Shown: positions 10,176 to 19,509 of the stretch, piece by piece | Numbering within the stretch: position 1 is the first letter of the stretch | Layout: each line of letters begins with the position of its first letter | Source: Nitrosopumilus sp. | Lineage (GTDB): Archaea > Thermoproteota > Nitrososphaeria > Nitrososphaerales > Nitrosopumilaceae | Length of the DNA stretch: 64,000 nt | Reading direction: 5' to 3' | Assembly (NCBI GenBank): GCA_963662625.1 | Contig: OY759726.1 | Location: 352,001 to 416,000 of the forward strand | Translations under genes and position numbers: made by a program | Notes under the pieces: generated by a model | What the model was told of the DNA's origin: nothing | Seen by the model: the letters and a program-made list of their open reading frames with translations, nothing else | Databases searched by the model: none

Positions 10176-10796
10176 ATGGGAAAATACACACTTCCTGAAA
10201 TGCCCTATGCCTACGACGCGCTGGAGCCCCACATCGACGCAAGAACGATGGAGATCCACCACACAAAGCATCATCAGGCGTACACCGACAAGCTCAACGC
10301 GGCCCTGGACGGGTGTCCTACCGAGGTCCAAGACAAGGACATCCTGGACATCCTGTCCGACTTGGACTCGGTTCCCGAGGACAAGAGGGGCGCGGTCAAC
10401 TTCAACGGCGGCGGCTATGACAACCACAGGCTGTTCTGGGGCAACATGAAACCAGACGGGGGCGGAGAGCCTGGGGGCGCCGTGGCAGACGCGATCGGCG
10501 AGTCCTTCGGCAGCTTTCCGGACTTTAAGGAGAAGTTCTCGTCCACCACGGCGGTGATACAGGGCAGCGGCTGGGGCTGGCTTGTATACAACCCGTCGTC
10601 TGGCAAGGTGGAGTACAAGTCCATGCCGAACCAGACCAGCCCGAGGACAGAAGGGCTGGTACCACTGCTGGGATGCGACGTCTGGGAACACGCGTACTAC
10701 CTGAAGTACCAGAACAAGAGACCGGACTACATATCATCGTGGTGGAACGTGGTCAACTGGGACGAGGTAGACGCCAGACTCTCCAGGGCAAAGTAA
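10176..10796 (+). CDS. sod: Fe/Mn superoxide dismutase
   Basis: [32 protein letters not shown]. Confidence 0.97.
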   Translation: MGKYTLPEMPYAYDALEPHIDARTMEIHHTKHHQAYTDKLNAALDGCPTEVQDKDILDILSDLDSVPEDKRGAVNFNGGGYDNHRLFWGNMKPDGGGEPGGAVADAIGESFGSFPDFKEKFSSTTAVIQGSGWGWLVYNPSSGKVEYKSMPNQTSPRTEGLVPLLGCDVWEHAYYLKYQNKRPDYISSWWNVVNWDEVDARLSRAK

Positions 10797-10852
10797 GCCC
10801 CCTCTTTTTTTATCCGCCGGCACGCCCCGAGGGGCGCGCGGCCCCGAATGAA

Positions 10853-10860
10853 TTTATAAA
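10853..10860 (+). promoter_or_regulatory. Putative TATA box for prefoldin-ftsY-argF
   Basis: TTTATAAA ending 24 bp before ATG 10884, consistent with leaderless transcript. Confidence 0.55.
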
Positions 10861-10883
10861 CTAGCGCCGGTGTCTTGGTGTAA

Positions 10884-11315
10884 ATGAGCAGGGAGCAGGC
10901 GCAACAGTTGGCACAGGAGATGCAGATGCTGGAGGCGTACTATGCGGAACTGGTCCAGAAGGAGTCGGCGCTGCTCTCCGTACTGAAGGAGGCCTCCTCC
11001 GCGATAGAGTCGATAAGATCGCTGAAGGACGAACCCGAGTCGGAGGCCCTGATGCCCGTGGGGATGGGGACGTACGTCCGGGGCAGGGTCTCCTCTGGCA
11101 GCAGGTTCGTCCTGAACGTCGGCGCCGGCATCGCGGTGGAAAAGGACGCGGATCCGGCCATCAACTACCTGGAGTCGCGGGTCAAGGAGATCGAGGTCGC
11201 GGTACAGGACACCCTTGCCAAGAGGCAGGACGTCGCGTCGAGGATGGAGCGCGGCAGGGAGCAGATGAACCAGCTCATCCAGGCTGCACAGAAACCAGGT
11301 CCAGGCAATGTTTGA
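10884..11315 (+). CDS. pfdA: Prefoldin subunit alpha
   Basis: Coiled-coil plus beta hairpins (LMPVGMGTYV, LNVGAGIAVEK); upstream of ftsY. Confidence 0.9.
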   Translation: MSREQAQQLAQEMQMLEAYYAELVQKESALLSVLKEASSAIESIRSLKDEPESEALMPVGMGTYVRGRVSSGSRFVLNVGAGIAVEKDADPAINYLESRVKEIEVAVQDTLAKRQDVASRMERGREQMNQLIQAAQKPGPGNV

Positions 11316-13314
11316 CAGCCTTCGCAGCGCGTTCTCGAACGCCGCGAAACGCCTGGGGGAGAAGGAACTCGGGGAAAAGGACATAGACGGCATGCTCTCC
11401 GAGCTGGAGATCTCCATGCTGGAGTCCGACGTAGCGGGCGAGGTAATCGACTCGGTAAAGTCCGACCTGAAGGGCAGGCTGGCCGGCTCCAAGGTGGACA
11501 AGGGCGAGGTAGCGAAGTTCGTCAAGGACAGCCTGATATCCAGCGTGTCCTCGCTGTTCGACGCCGCCGGGAGCGTCGATCTAGTGGGGCTGATCAACGA
11601 AAAGAAAAGCCGGGGGCAGCCGTTCCTGATACTGTTCGTGGGGATCAACGGGACGGGGAAGACCACGTCCCTTGCCAAGGTGGCGCACATGCTCCGGCAG
11701 GCCAAGTTCTCGGTGGTGATAGCGGCAGCCGACACGTTCAGGGCCGGCGCCATCGAGCAGCTGCGCGAGCACGCAAACCGCCTCAACCTGAAACTCGTGG
11801 CGCAAAACTACAACTCTGATCCCGCGGCCGTGGCCAGGGACGCCGTCCTGTACGCGAAGTCCCACAAGACGGACTGCGTCCTGATTGACACGGCAGGGCG
11901 CATGCAGACGAGCAGGAACCTCATGGAGCAGGTCGCGAAGATCACCAAGGTCGTCAGGCCTGACTTTAAGATCTTCGTGGGCGACTCGCTGGCGGGAAAC
12001 GACACGGTGAACCAGGCGCGGGAGTTCTTCGAGCACACCAGGTTTGACGGCTCCATCCTGACGAAGAGCGACGCGGACGCCCGCGGCGGGGCCGCACTCT
12101 CCATAGTGAAGATAACCTCGAAGCCCGTCTTGTACATAGGCGTGGGGCAGGAGTACCCGGATCTCAGGCCGTTTGACAAGGAGACGTTCCTGAAAAACGT
12201 CTTCGGCTCGCTGGAGGGCGTTGACATAAAGGAACTGCCACCCGAGCCCGGGCCTGCCGTGGCAGAACCGGAACATGCCAGGGAAATGCCGGAACATGCC
12301 AGGGAAGTGCTGGCACATGCCAGGGAAGTGCCGGAACCGGACGATGCTGCGACAGAACCGAAGCCGGAAGAGCCGGCAGCTGCGGAACCGAAGCCGGAAG
12401 AGTCGGCAGCTGCGGAACCGAAGCCGGAAGAGCCGGCAGCTGCGGAACCGAAGCCGGAAGAGCCGGAAGCTGCGGAACCGAAGCCGGAAGAGCCGGAAGC
12501 TGCGGAACCGAAGCCGGAAGAGCCGGAAGCTGCGGAACCGAAGCCGGAAGAGCCGGAAGCTGCGGAACCGAAGCCGGAAGAGCCGGAAGCTGCGGAACCG
12601 AAGCCGGAAGAGCCGGAAGCTGCGGAACCGAAGCCGGAAGAGCCGGAAGCTGCGGAACCGAAGCCGGAAGAGCCGGAAGCTGCGGAACCGAAGCCGGAAG
12701 CTGCGGAACCGAAGCCGGAAGAGCCGGAAGCTGCGGAACCGAAGCCGGAAGAGCCGGAAGCTGCGGAACCGAAGCCGGAAGCTGCGGAACCGAAGCCGGA
12801 AGAGCCGGAAGCTGCGGAACCGAAGCCGGAAGAGCCGGAAGCTGCGGAACCGAAGCCGGAAGAGCCGGAAGCTGCGGAACCGAAGCCGGAAGAGCCGGAA
12901 GCTGCGGAACCGAAGCCGGAAGAGCCGGAAGCTGCGGAACCGAAGCCGGAAGAGCCGGAAGCTGCGGAACCGAAGCCGGAAGAGCCAACCATGGGAGAAC
13001 CCGGCGATGTCAAGGAATCTTCACAAGAGGTCACTGCCAATGATCCATTTGAAGGAATCAACGATGAAGATATTTACAATTACTCTGATCTGTTTGATGT
13101 TCCCCCGCCAGAAAATGACGACGAAGCCGCCAAGCTTGGAACCAAGATTAGGCGCTGGATAAAACAGGGACGCCCAGAACATGAGACCGACTCAAAGACC
13201 GACTCAAAGACCGACTCAAAGACCGACGATGCCGGTGATCACGATGAACACGAACAGGACACAGAAGAAAAACCTAAAAAGAAACGGGGCGTATTTGGAT
13301 TCTTCAAGAGATGA
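11308..13314 (+). CDS. ftsY: SRP receptor FtsY with long acidic Pro/Glu C-terminal repeat extension
   Basis: GINGTGKTT, DTFRAGAIEQL, DTAGR, TKSDADARGG; then (EPKPEEPEAA)n. Confidence 0.95.
   Translation: MFDSLRSAFSNAAKRLGEKELGEKDIDGMLSELEISMLESDVAGEVIDSVKSDLKGRLAGSKVDKGEVAKFVKDSLISSVSSLFDAAGSVDLVGLINEKKSRGQPFLILFVGINGTGKTTSLAKVAHMLRQAKFSVVIAAADTFRAGAIEQLREHANRLNLKLVAQNYNSDPAAVARDAVLYAKSHKTDCVLIDTAGRMQTSRNLMEQVAKITKVVRPDFKIFVGDSLAGNDTVNQAREFFEHTRFDGSILTKSDADARGGAALSIVKITSKPVLYIGVGQEYPDLRPFDKETFLKNVFGSLEGVDIKELPPEPGPAVAEPEHAREMPEHAREVLAHAREVPEPDDAATEPKPEEPAAAEPKPEESAAAEPKPEEPAAAEPKPEEPEAAEPKPEEPEAAEPKPEEPEAAEPKPEEPEAAEPKPEEPEAAEPKPEEPEAAEPKPEEPEAAEPKPEEPEAAEPKPEAAEPKPEEPEAAEPKPEEPEAAEPKPEAAEPKPEEPEAAEPKPEEPEAAEPKPEEPEAAEPKPEEPEAAEPKPEEPEAAEPKPEEPEAAEPKPEEPTMGEPGDVKESSQEVTANDPFEGINDEDIYNYSDLFDVPPPENDDEAAKLGTKIRRWIKQGRPEHETDSKTDSKTDSKTDDAGDHDEHEQDTEEKPKKKRGVFGFFKR
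12355..12987 (+). repeat. 30-bp coding tandem repeat GAACCGAAGCCGGAAGAGCCGGAAGCTGCG (19 full, two 21-bp short, one partial unit)
   Basis: Read directly; extra 21-bp x3 repeat (12268-12330) and 12-bp x3 repeat (13185-13220) nearby. Confidence 0.97.
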
Positions 13315-14225
13315 AACTCAAAACCAAGGATCTGCTCACGTTAAAGGAACTGTCTCCAAAGGAATTTGCTCGGCTAATCAACTACTCCATCAAACTAAAA
13401 AAACAGGCCAAAAAGGGGGATTACAGGCCCCTTCTAAAAAACAAAACACTCGCAATGATCTTCCAAAAGCCGTCTACCAGGACCCGGGTGAGTTTTGAAG
13501 CCGGGATGTTCCAGCTGGGGGGGCACGCGATCAACCTTTCCCCAAGCGACATGCAGCTGTCACGCGGCGAGTCCGTAGAAGACACCGTAATGACCCTGTC
13601 CGGATACGCCGACTGCATTCTGGCGCGGGTATACGGGCACGACATGATCGAGCAGATGGCAGAACACGCGACAATCCCAGTTATCAACGGGCTGTCCGAC
13701 TCGTTCCACCCGTGCCAGATCCTTGCAGATTTTATGACGATAAAAGAAAAAAAGAAGAGCCTCAGGGGCCTGAAGGTCTCCTGGATCGGGGATGGGAACA
13801 ACGTGTGCAATTCCATGATGTATGGCGCCATGCTTTCGGGCGCCTCCATGTCGATTGCGACCCCGAGGGGGTTTGAGCCAGACCGGGACGCGGTCAGGGA
13901 ATCCGGAAAACTGACCGAGATCGAGGTCACGACGGATCCGTCCAAGGCGGTAAAGGACGCCGACGTCGTGGTCACCGACACTTTCACGTCAATCCACAAC
14001 CGCGATCCAAAGAGGATGAAAAAATTCCTGCCAAAGTACCAGGTCAACGAGTCCCTGATGGCAATGGCGAAGAGCGACGCGATATTCATGCACTGCCTTC
14101 CGGCAAAGCGGGACAGCGAAGTGACCCCCGGCGTCATCGACGGCCCGCAGTCAGTCGTCTGGGACGAGGCGGAGAACCGCCTCCATACCCAGAAGGCCCT
14201 GCTGGCCTCCCTGATCCGCGCTTAA
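13311..14225 (+). CDS. argF: Ornithine carbamoyltransferase
   Basis: PSTRTRVSF, HPCQILAD, FMHCLP, EAENRLH. Confidence 0.96.
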   Translation: MKLKTKDLLTLKELSPKEFARLINYSIKLKKQAKKGDYRPLLKNKTLAMIFQKPSTRTRVSFEAGMFQLGGHAINLSPSDMQLSRGESVEDTVMTLSGYADCILARVYGHDMIEQMAEHATIPVINGLSDSFHPCQILADFMTIKEKKKSLRGLKVSWIGDGNNVCNSMMYGAMLSGASMSIATPRGFEPDRDAVRESGKLTEIEVTTDPSKAVKDADVVVTDTFTSIHNRDPKRMKKFLPKYQVNESLMAMAKSDAIFMHCLPAKRDSEVTPGVIDGPQSVVWDEAENRLHTQKALLASLIRA

Positions 14226-14227
14226 CG

Positions 14228-14235
14228 TATATAAG
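14228..14235 (+). promoter_or_regulatory. Putative TATA box of rpl18-secY-cbf5 operon
   Basis: TATATAAG ending 27 bp before ATG 14262. Confidence 0.6.
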
Positions 14236-14261
14236 AGCAGATTCAAACCCGTGTTCTATAG

Positions 14262-14744
14262 ATGGCCTATTCCAAGATATTGCGCAGGCTCCGGGAGGAG
14301 AAGACCAATTACAAGAAGCGCGGGACGATGCTCATGGGCAAGCGCGACTTTATCACCGTGAACATCACCAACGAGAACACCCACGTCCAGGTACTAAAGC
14401 CGGGCATGACCGGGGACAGGATACTGGCCCACGCGCACTCCCGGTACCTGCTCGGGAAGGGGTGGAAGGGATCTAGGAAAAGCATCTCCGCGGCGTACCT
14501 TACGGGCTACCTGGCGGGAAAAAAGGCCCTGGCGCAGGACGTCAAGGACGCCATCCTGTACACGGGCACGAGAAAGTACACGCAGAGGATGGCCGCCGCC
14601 CTGAAGGGGATAATCGACGCGGGGGTCGCCGTCCCCGCCGATTCTGAGACGTTCCCGCCAGACGAGCGGATAAACGGGGAGCACCTTACAGTAAAAAACG
14701 ACGTATCCAGAATAAAGTCAACCATAGACGCCGAGGTCAAGTAG
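14262..14744 (+). CDS. rpl18: 50S ribosomal protein L18
   Basis: RRLREEKTNYKKR, AAYLTGYLAG. Confidence 0.95.
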   Translation: MAYSKILRRLREEKTNYKKRGTMLMGKRDFITVNITNENTHVQVLKPGMTGDRILAHAHSRYLLGKGWKGSRKSISAAYLTGYLAGKKALAQDVKDAILYTGTRKYTQRMAAALKGIIDAGVAVPADSETFPPDERINGEHLTVKNDVSRIKSTIDAEVK

Positions 14745-14746
14745 GG

Positions 14747-15418
14747 ATGAGTCAGACAACGCAAAGCTGGCACGGAAGAGGCGGCCCCAGGCAGGGCGGC
14801 CCGAGAAGGCCCAGGCGCGAGCAGGAAGAGGAGGTCTGGATCCCCAAGACGATCCTGGGGCGGAAGGTGGTCGCAGGCGAGGTCACGTCGCTGGAGCAGA
14901 TCATCCAGGACGGCCTGAGGATCCAGGAGGCCGGAATCATCAAGAAGCTCCTGCCTGACCTGAAAAGCGAGGTCGTCGACGTGGGGATCATCCAAAAGAT
15001 GACGTCCAACGGCCAGTCCACGCGGTTCAAGGCAATCGTCGCCGCGGGAAACGAGAACGGCTACCTGGGAATCGGCCAGGGCAAGTCAAAGCAGATGAGG
15101 ATCGCGATCGAAAAGGCGACCAACCAGGCCTACCTCAACGTGAACCCGATCAAGCTGGGATGCGGAAGCTGGGAATGCAGGTGCGACCAGCAGCACTCGG
15201 TGCCGTTCAAGGTCCGGGGGAAGGGGGGCAGCGTCACGATCGAAATCATCCCCGCGCCGCGCGGCCTGGGGCTTGTCGCAGGCGGCAAGATTAAGCGGCT
15301 GCTGGAACTGGCAGGCCTGAAGGACGCGTGGACCACGGCGAAGGGCTCCACGCCCACCATGAACTCCACGTCTAAAGCCATCTTGGACTGCCTGAGGCAG
15401 ACGTTCAGCCAGGGTTGA
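14747..15418 (+). CDS. rps5: 30S ribosomal protein S5
   Basis: WIPKT, GCGSWEC, PAPRGLGLVAG. Confidence 0.96.
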   Translation: MSQTTQSWHGRGGPRQGGPRRPRREQEEEVWIPKTILGRKVVAGEVTSLEQIIQDGLRIQEAGIIKKLLPDLKSEVVDVGIIQKMTSNGQSTRFKAIVAAGNENGYLGIGQGKSKQMRIAIEKATNQAYLNVNPIKLGCGSWECRCDQQHSVPFKVRGKGGSVTIEIIPAPRGLGLVAGGKIKRLLELAGLKDAWTTAKGSTPTMNSTSKAILDCLRQTFSQG

Positions 15419-15423
15419 TGCAC

Positions 15424-15891
15424 ATGGCAAACGCGTACCTCGTTGTGAGAATAAAGGGCCAGGCCGACGTCCCGCACTGGGCCACGTACACGATGGGCCT
15501 CCTGAAGCTGGAAAAAAAATACCGCGCGACCATTCTGCCCGCCAAGGACAACACGCTTGGGATGCTGAACAAGATAAAGCACTACGTCTCATGGATCGAG
15601 CTCGACGCGGGCCTGGCAAAGGAGATCTTGGACAAAAAGGCGAGAAAGTCGGGCTACAAGAAGATCACAGCGGAGGATCTCGCAGGCCTCGGGTTTGCGA
15701 GCGTGGACGAGTTGGCCGCGGCCCTGTCCGAGGGGAAGGCCGTCCTATCAAAACTGAAGCCGCTAAAGCCGTGGTTTGCGCTCGCGCCGCCGAGGCACGG
15801 GTTCAAGCGCAGCACCAAACGGCTTTATGGGCAGAAGGGGATACTGGGACAGAACAAGGATCTGGGGACACTGGTAAGGAACATGATGTGA
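15424..15891 (+). CDS. rpl30: 50S ribosomal protein L30 (uL30, long archaeal form)
   Basis: LVVRIKG, FALAPPRHGFK; position in operon; start ambiguous among 15415-15424. Confidence 0.92.
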   Translation: MANAYLVVRIKGQADVPHWATYTMGLLKLEKKYRATILPAKDNTLGMLNKIKHYVSWIELDAGLAKEILDKKARKSGYKKITAEDLAGLGFASVDELAAALSEGKAVLSKLKPLKPWFALAPPRHGFKRSTKRLYGQKGILGQNKDLGTLVRNMM

Positions 15892-15892
15892 T

Positions 15893-16318
15893 ATGGCGAC
15901 GCGGCTAAGAAAGACTAGAAAGCTCCGGGGCGGGCGCAACATGGGCTGGGGCCAGGTGGGCCAGCACCGCGCAAGCGGGCACAAGGGGGGCCTGGGGGTC
16001 TCCGGACTGATGAAGCACCATTACAGTACCTTGCTAAAAGACGATCCGGATCATTTCGGGCACGACTCCACCAGCCCGCCCCACCCGAACATCACAAGAA
16101 AGTGGGCCAGCATCCGCGATCTCGACGACCTGTTCACAAAGTTCGGAAAGGAAGAGGGCGGCAAGAAGGTCATCGACCTGGCAGCCGCCGGGTATGACAA
16201 GCTCCTCGGCGGCGGGAAGGCCACCGGCGCATACTCTGTCAGGATAGGGAGGTCCACCGCGTCAGCGGAAGAAAAGGTCAAGGCCGCCGGGGGAGAGGTG
16301 CTATCAGACGATGGCTGA
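15893..16318 (+). CDS. rpl15: 50S ribosomal protein L15
   Basis: KLRGGRNMGWG, GYDKLLGGG, KVKAAGGEV. Confidence 0.95.
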   Translation: MATRLRKTRKLRGGRNMGWGQVGQHRASGHKGGLGVSGLMKHHYSTLLKDDPDHFGHDSTSPPHPNITRKWASIRDLDDLFTKFGKEEGGKKVIDLAAAGYDKLLGGGKATGAYSVRIGRSTASAEEKVKAAGGEVLSDDG

Positions 16319-17741
16319 GGGCAGCGTAACCACGATAATCCGCAAGGTCGTGTTCAGGGCCGAGCCGTACATCCCCCAGGTACCGAAGCCGAAAAAGAAG
16401 ATCCCGCTGTCCATGAGGCTGCTGTGGTGCGGGGTCGCGCTGCTGATCTACATGGTGATGGGCCAGACCCCGCTGTTCGGGGCGACCGCCCCGGAATTCG
16501 ACTTCCTGCAGTTCGCCAGGGTCATATTCGCCTCGCAGCAGGGGACGCTGGTCGAGCTGGGGATAGGGCCGATCGTGACGGCGGGCCTGCTGATGCAGCT
16601 GCTGCGCGGCTCGGAGATCCTCAAATTCAACTTCAGGAACCCCGAGGAGAGGGGGATATTCCAGACCGCGACCAAGCTGGTGACCTACATCGTGATCGTG
16701 GCCGAGTCCATAGTGTACGCCATAGCGGTGTACGGCCCCGGGATAACCGAGCCCCACGTGATGTACATCATGATAGGGCAGCTCATGGCCGCCTCGATAA
16801 TCATCATGTTCCTCGACGAGCTGATCCAGAAGGGCTGGGGCCTGGGCAGCGGGATCAGCCTGTTCATCATGGCAGGGGTGGCGCAGCAGATCCTGTGGAG
16901 CCTGTTCAGCCCGCTGCCGGCCGGGGACGGCGGGACGATCGGCATACTACCGTACATCGGCCAGTCGGTCATGAACGGCGACCTGTCCAACGTGTTCTTC
17001 CGCTCGAACCAGCTTCCCAGCATCTTCGGGCTGCTCCTCACGGCAGGCGTGCTGCTGATACTGGTGTTCACGCAGGGGATGAAGGTCGAGATCCCGATCG
17101 TCTCGACAAAGTACAGGGGCTTCTCGGCGGTATACCCGATCAAGATGATGTACGTCTCGAACATACCCGTGATCCTGGCGTCGGCGCTCACCGCCAACGC
17201 CGTCTTCATCGGGCAGATGCTCTGGGCCAACATGAACCCGCGGAACAACAACTTCTTCATGAACATACTCGGGCAGTTCGACCCCACGAGCCCGTCCACG
17301 CCGATCGGGGGGCTGATCTACTACATCACGCCGCCCAGGGGACTGGAGGTCGCCGCCGAGGATCCCGGACGCGCGGTGGGATACGTGCTGTTCATGGTGG
17401 CCATAGTGATCGTGTTCGGGAGGCTGTGGGTGGAGCTCGGCGGCCTGTCGCCGAAGAGCGCGGCGCAGAACCTGCTCGACGCGGACGTGCAGATCCCGGG
17501 ATTCAGGCGGTCCAACAAGCCCGTCGAGGCGCTGCTGAACAAGTACATCCCGTCCGTCACGCTGATAGGCTCGGCCATCCTGGGGGTGCTGGCCGGCGTG
17601 TCCGACGTCCTGGGGGTGTTCGGCTCCGGGATCGGGGTCCTGCTGATGGTAGATATTCTTATTAACTATTACACCCAACTGGTGAGGGAACAAGTAGAAG
17701 TCGTGATGCCTCGGCTAGGAGCCTTACTTGGAAGAAAATAA
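16311..17741 (+). CDS. secY: Preprotein translocase subunit SecY
   Basis: GTLVELGIGPIVTAG, GWGLGSGISLFI, YVSNIPVIL, IPGFRR. Confidence 0.98.
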   Translation: MAEGSVTTIIRKVVFRAEPYIPQVPKPKKKIPLSMRLLWCGVALLIYMVMGQTPLFGATAPEFDFLQFARVIFASQQGTLVELGIGPIVTAGLLMQLLRGSEILKFNFRNPEERGIFQTATKLVTYIVIVAESIVYAIAVYGPGITEPHVMYIMIGQLMAASIIIMFLDELIQKGWGLGSGISLFIMAGVAQQILWSLFSPLPAGDGGTIGILPYIGQSVMNGDLSNVFFRSNQLPSIFGLLLTAGVLLILVFTQGMKVEIPIVSTKYRGFSAVYPIKMMYVSNIPVILASALTANAVFIGQMLWANMNPRNNNFFMNILGQFDPTSPSTPIGGLIYYITPPRGLEVAAEDPGRAVGYVLFMVAIVIVFGRLWVELGGLSPKSAAQNLLDADVQIPGFRRSNKPVEALLNKYIPSVTLIGSAILGVLAGVSDVLGVFGSGIGVLLMVDILINYYTQLVREQVEVVMPRLGALLGRK

Positions 17742-18306
17742 GAGAGTGATAATGGCAGGAATACCCGGAGTCGGGAAGACCACGCTACTCAAGAAGCTCG
17801 TCGGGTCATTCAAGGACCGCGGCATGAAGGTCAGCGTCAACAGCTTTGGCACCGTGATGTTCGACGTCGCGCAGGAGAACGGGGTGCAGAGCAGGGACGA
17901 GCTGCGCAAGCTGCCCCTGTCCGAGCAGCAGCGGCTCCAGAGGACCGCCGCCGAGAAGCTGGCGAGGCTCGGGGACGACATAGTGGTGATAGACACGCAT
18001 GCGTTCATCAGCACCCCGGAGGGGTACTATCCAGGCCTTCCGGCGCATGTGCTGGAGATCATACAGCCCACCAGCTTCATCTCGGTCTCGGCAAAGCCCG
18101 AGGAGATCTACAACAGGCGGATGAACGACGCCACGAGGAGCCGGGACGTGATCACCCTGACCCGGATCAAGAAGGACCTGGACGTGCAGGCAGGCATGAT
18201 CTCCTCGTGCGCGGTGATAACCGGGACCCCCATCGTGTTTATCTCAAACGACCAAGGCAGAGTGGACGAGGCGGCCGCCGACATCATGGCGGCGCTGGGG
18301 GTGTGA
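17728..18306 (+). CDS. adkA: Archaeal adenylate kinase
   Basis: GIPGVGKTT, RDELRKL, DTHA, GYYPGLP. Confidence 0.93.
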   Translation: MEENKRVIMAGIPGVGKTTLLKKLVGSFKDRGMKVSVNSFGTVMFDVAQENGVQSRDELRKLPLSEQQRLQRTAAEKLARLGDDIVVIDTHAFISTPEGYYPGLPAHVLEIIQPTSFISVSAKPEEIYNRRMNDATRSRDVITLTRIKKDLDVQAGMISSCAVITGTPIVFISNDQGRVDEAAADIMAALGV

Positions 18307-18310
18307 AGGC

Positions 18311-18952
18311 ATGGAGCCCGGATCCGTCCTGCTGTTCTTGGACTCGCTCTTCCTGCAGGGCGACGGCGGCGGGTTCTTCGACTTCATGGGCGGCCGCGCG
18401 GGCGCGCTTGGCAGCGACGACCCGATGATCCAGGGGCTCATCGCGTCGATGTTCGCCGTGGCCGGGTTCGGGATACTGCTCAACCTGTTCAACTCGGGGG
18501 TCAGGAAGAAGATGGTGGACCAGACGAAGCTCAGGAGGATAATGAAGGAGACCCGGGCATGGCAGAAGGAGAGGATCGCCGCGATGAGGGCAAAGGACCA
18601 GGCCAAGACCAGCGAGCTCAACAAAAAGTCCGCCTACATGAACAAGATGTCCATGGAGATGATGCAGATGAACATGAGGCCGATGATGATAACGTTCGTC
18701 CCGCTGATCCTGATATTCTACCTCGTGCTGCCGCAGCTGTTCTCGTACACCGTGGCGCTATCCCCCATACCGCTGAACGTGATCCCCGGCGACTTCTTCC
18801 AGCTCACGTGCACCGCCGGGCAGGCGGCGGATCCAGAGCACGTCTGCACCGACGAAAACTCGCTGTACCTCTGGGCGTGGTACTTCCTCTCCTCCATCGC
18901 CTTCAGCGGCATCATAATGAAGCTCACAAAAACCTCGATGGATCTCAGTTGA
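18311..18952 (+). CDS. EMC3/TMCO1 (DUF106) membrane insertase-family protein
   Basis: TM-coiled coil-TM layout, MRPMMITFVP, WAWYFLSS; usual position after adk. Confidence 0.88.
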   Translation: MEPGSVLLFLDSLFLQGDGGGFFDFMGGRAGALGSDDPMIQGLIASMFAVAGFGILLNLFNSGVRKKMVDQTKLRRIMKETRAWQKERIAAMRAKDQAKTSELNKKSAYMNKMSMEMMQMNMRPMMITFVPLILIFYLVLPQLFSYTVALSPIPLNVIPGDFFQLTCTAGQAADPEHVCTDENSLYLWAWYFLSSIAFSGIIMKLTKTSMDLS

Positions 18953-19509
18953 AAAAGTCAATCGTGATCTCCGGGCCGCCAGCAGTGGGGAAGACTACCG
19001 TGGCCAAGGGGCTGGCAGAGGAGTTCGGCATAACGTACATCAGCGGCGGCGACGTCCTGAAGGAGATGGCAAGGGAGCATGGCTACGACTCCGTCGGCGA
19101 CGACTGGTGGGACACGCAGGAGGGGCTAGACTTCCTCGGCAAGCGGGAGGAGAACCCGGAGTTTGACAAGAGGCTTGACGGCAAGCTGATGGAGCTGTTC
19201 GCCAAGGGCGGGTTCGTCATCACCAGCTACACCCTCCCGTGGCTGGTCGACGACGGGATCAAGATATGGCTGGAGGGCTCGCATGCCAGCAGCATAGAGA
19301 GGATGCAGAACAGGGACGGCATGAGCCCGGAGGAGGCGTCCAGCATCACCAAGCAGAGGTTCGACAAAAACAAGGACCTCTACAAGAGGATATACGACTT
19401 TGACTTCGGGGCCGACGAGTCGGTGTTCGACGCGGTGATCAACACGGACAGCCTTACGGCAAGGCAGGTGATCGGCGTCGCGACCGAGACCGTGAGGAAG
19501 ATGCTGTGA
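18949..19509 (+). CDS. cmk: Cytidylate kinase
   Basis: ISGPPAVGKTTVAK; TTG start overlapping upstream stop. Confidence 0.9.
   Translation: MKKSIVISGPPAVGKTTVAKGLAEEFGITYISGGDVLKEMAREHGYDSVGDDWWDTQEGLDFLGKREENPEFDKRLDGKLMELFAKGGFVITSYTLPWLVDDGIKIWLEGSHASSIERMQNRDGMSPEEASSITKQRFDKNKDLYKRIYDFDFGADESVFDAVINTDSLTARQVIGVATETVRKML

Noticed and set aside
12355-12987. Repeat array as CRISPR, or its alternative-frame ORFs (RNRSRKS.., GSSGFGSAAS.., LPALPASVPQ..) as genes
   Set aside because: No spacers; the alternative ORFs are stop-free shadows of the ftsY repeat.
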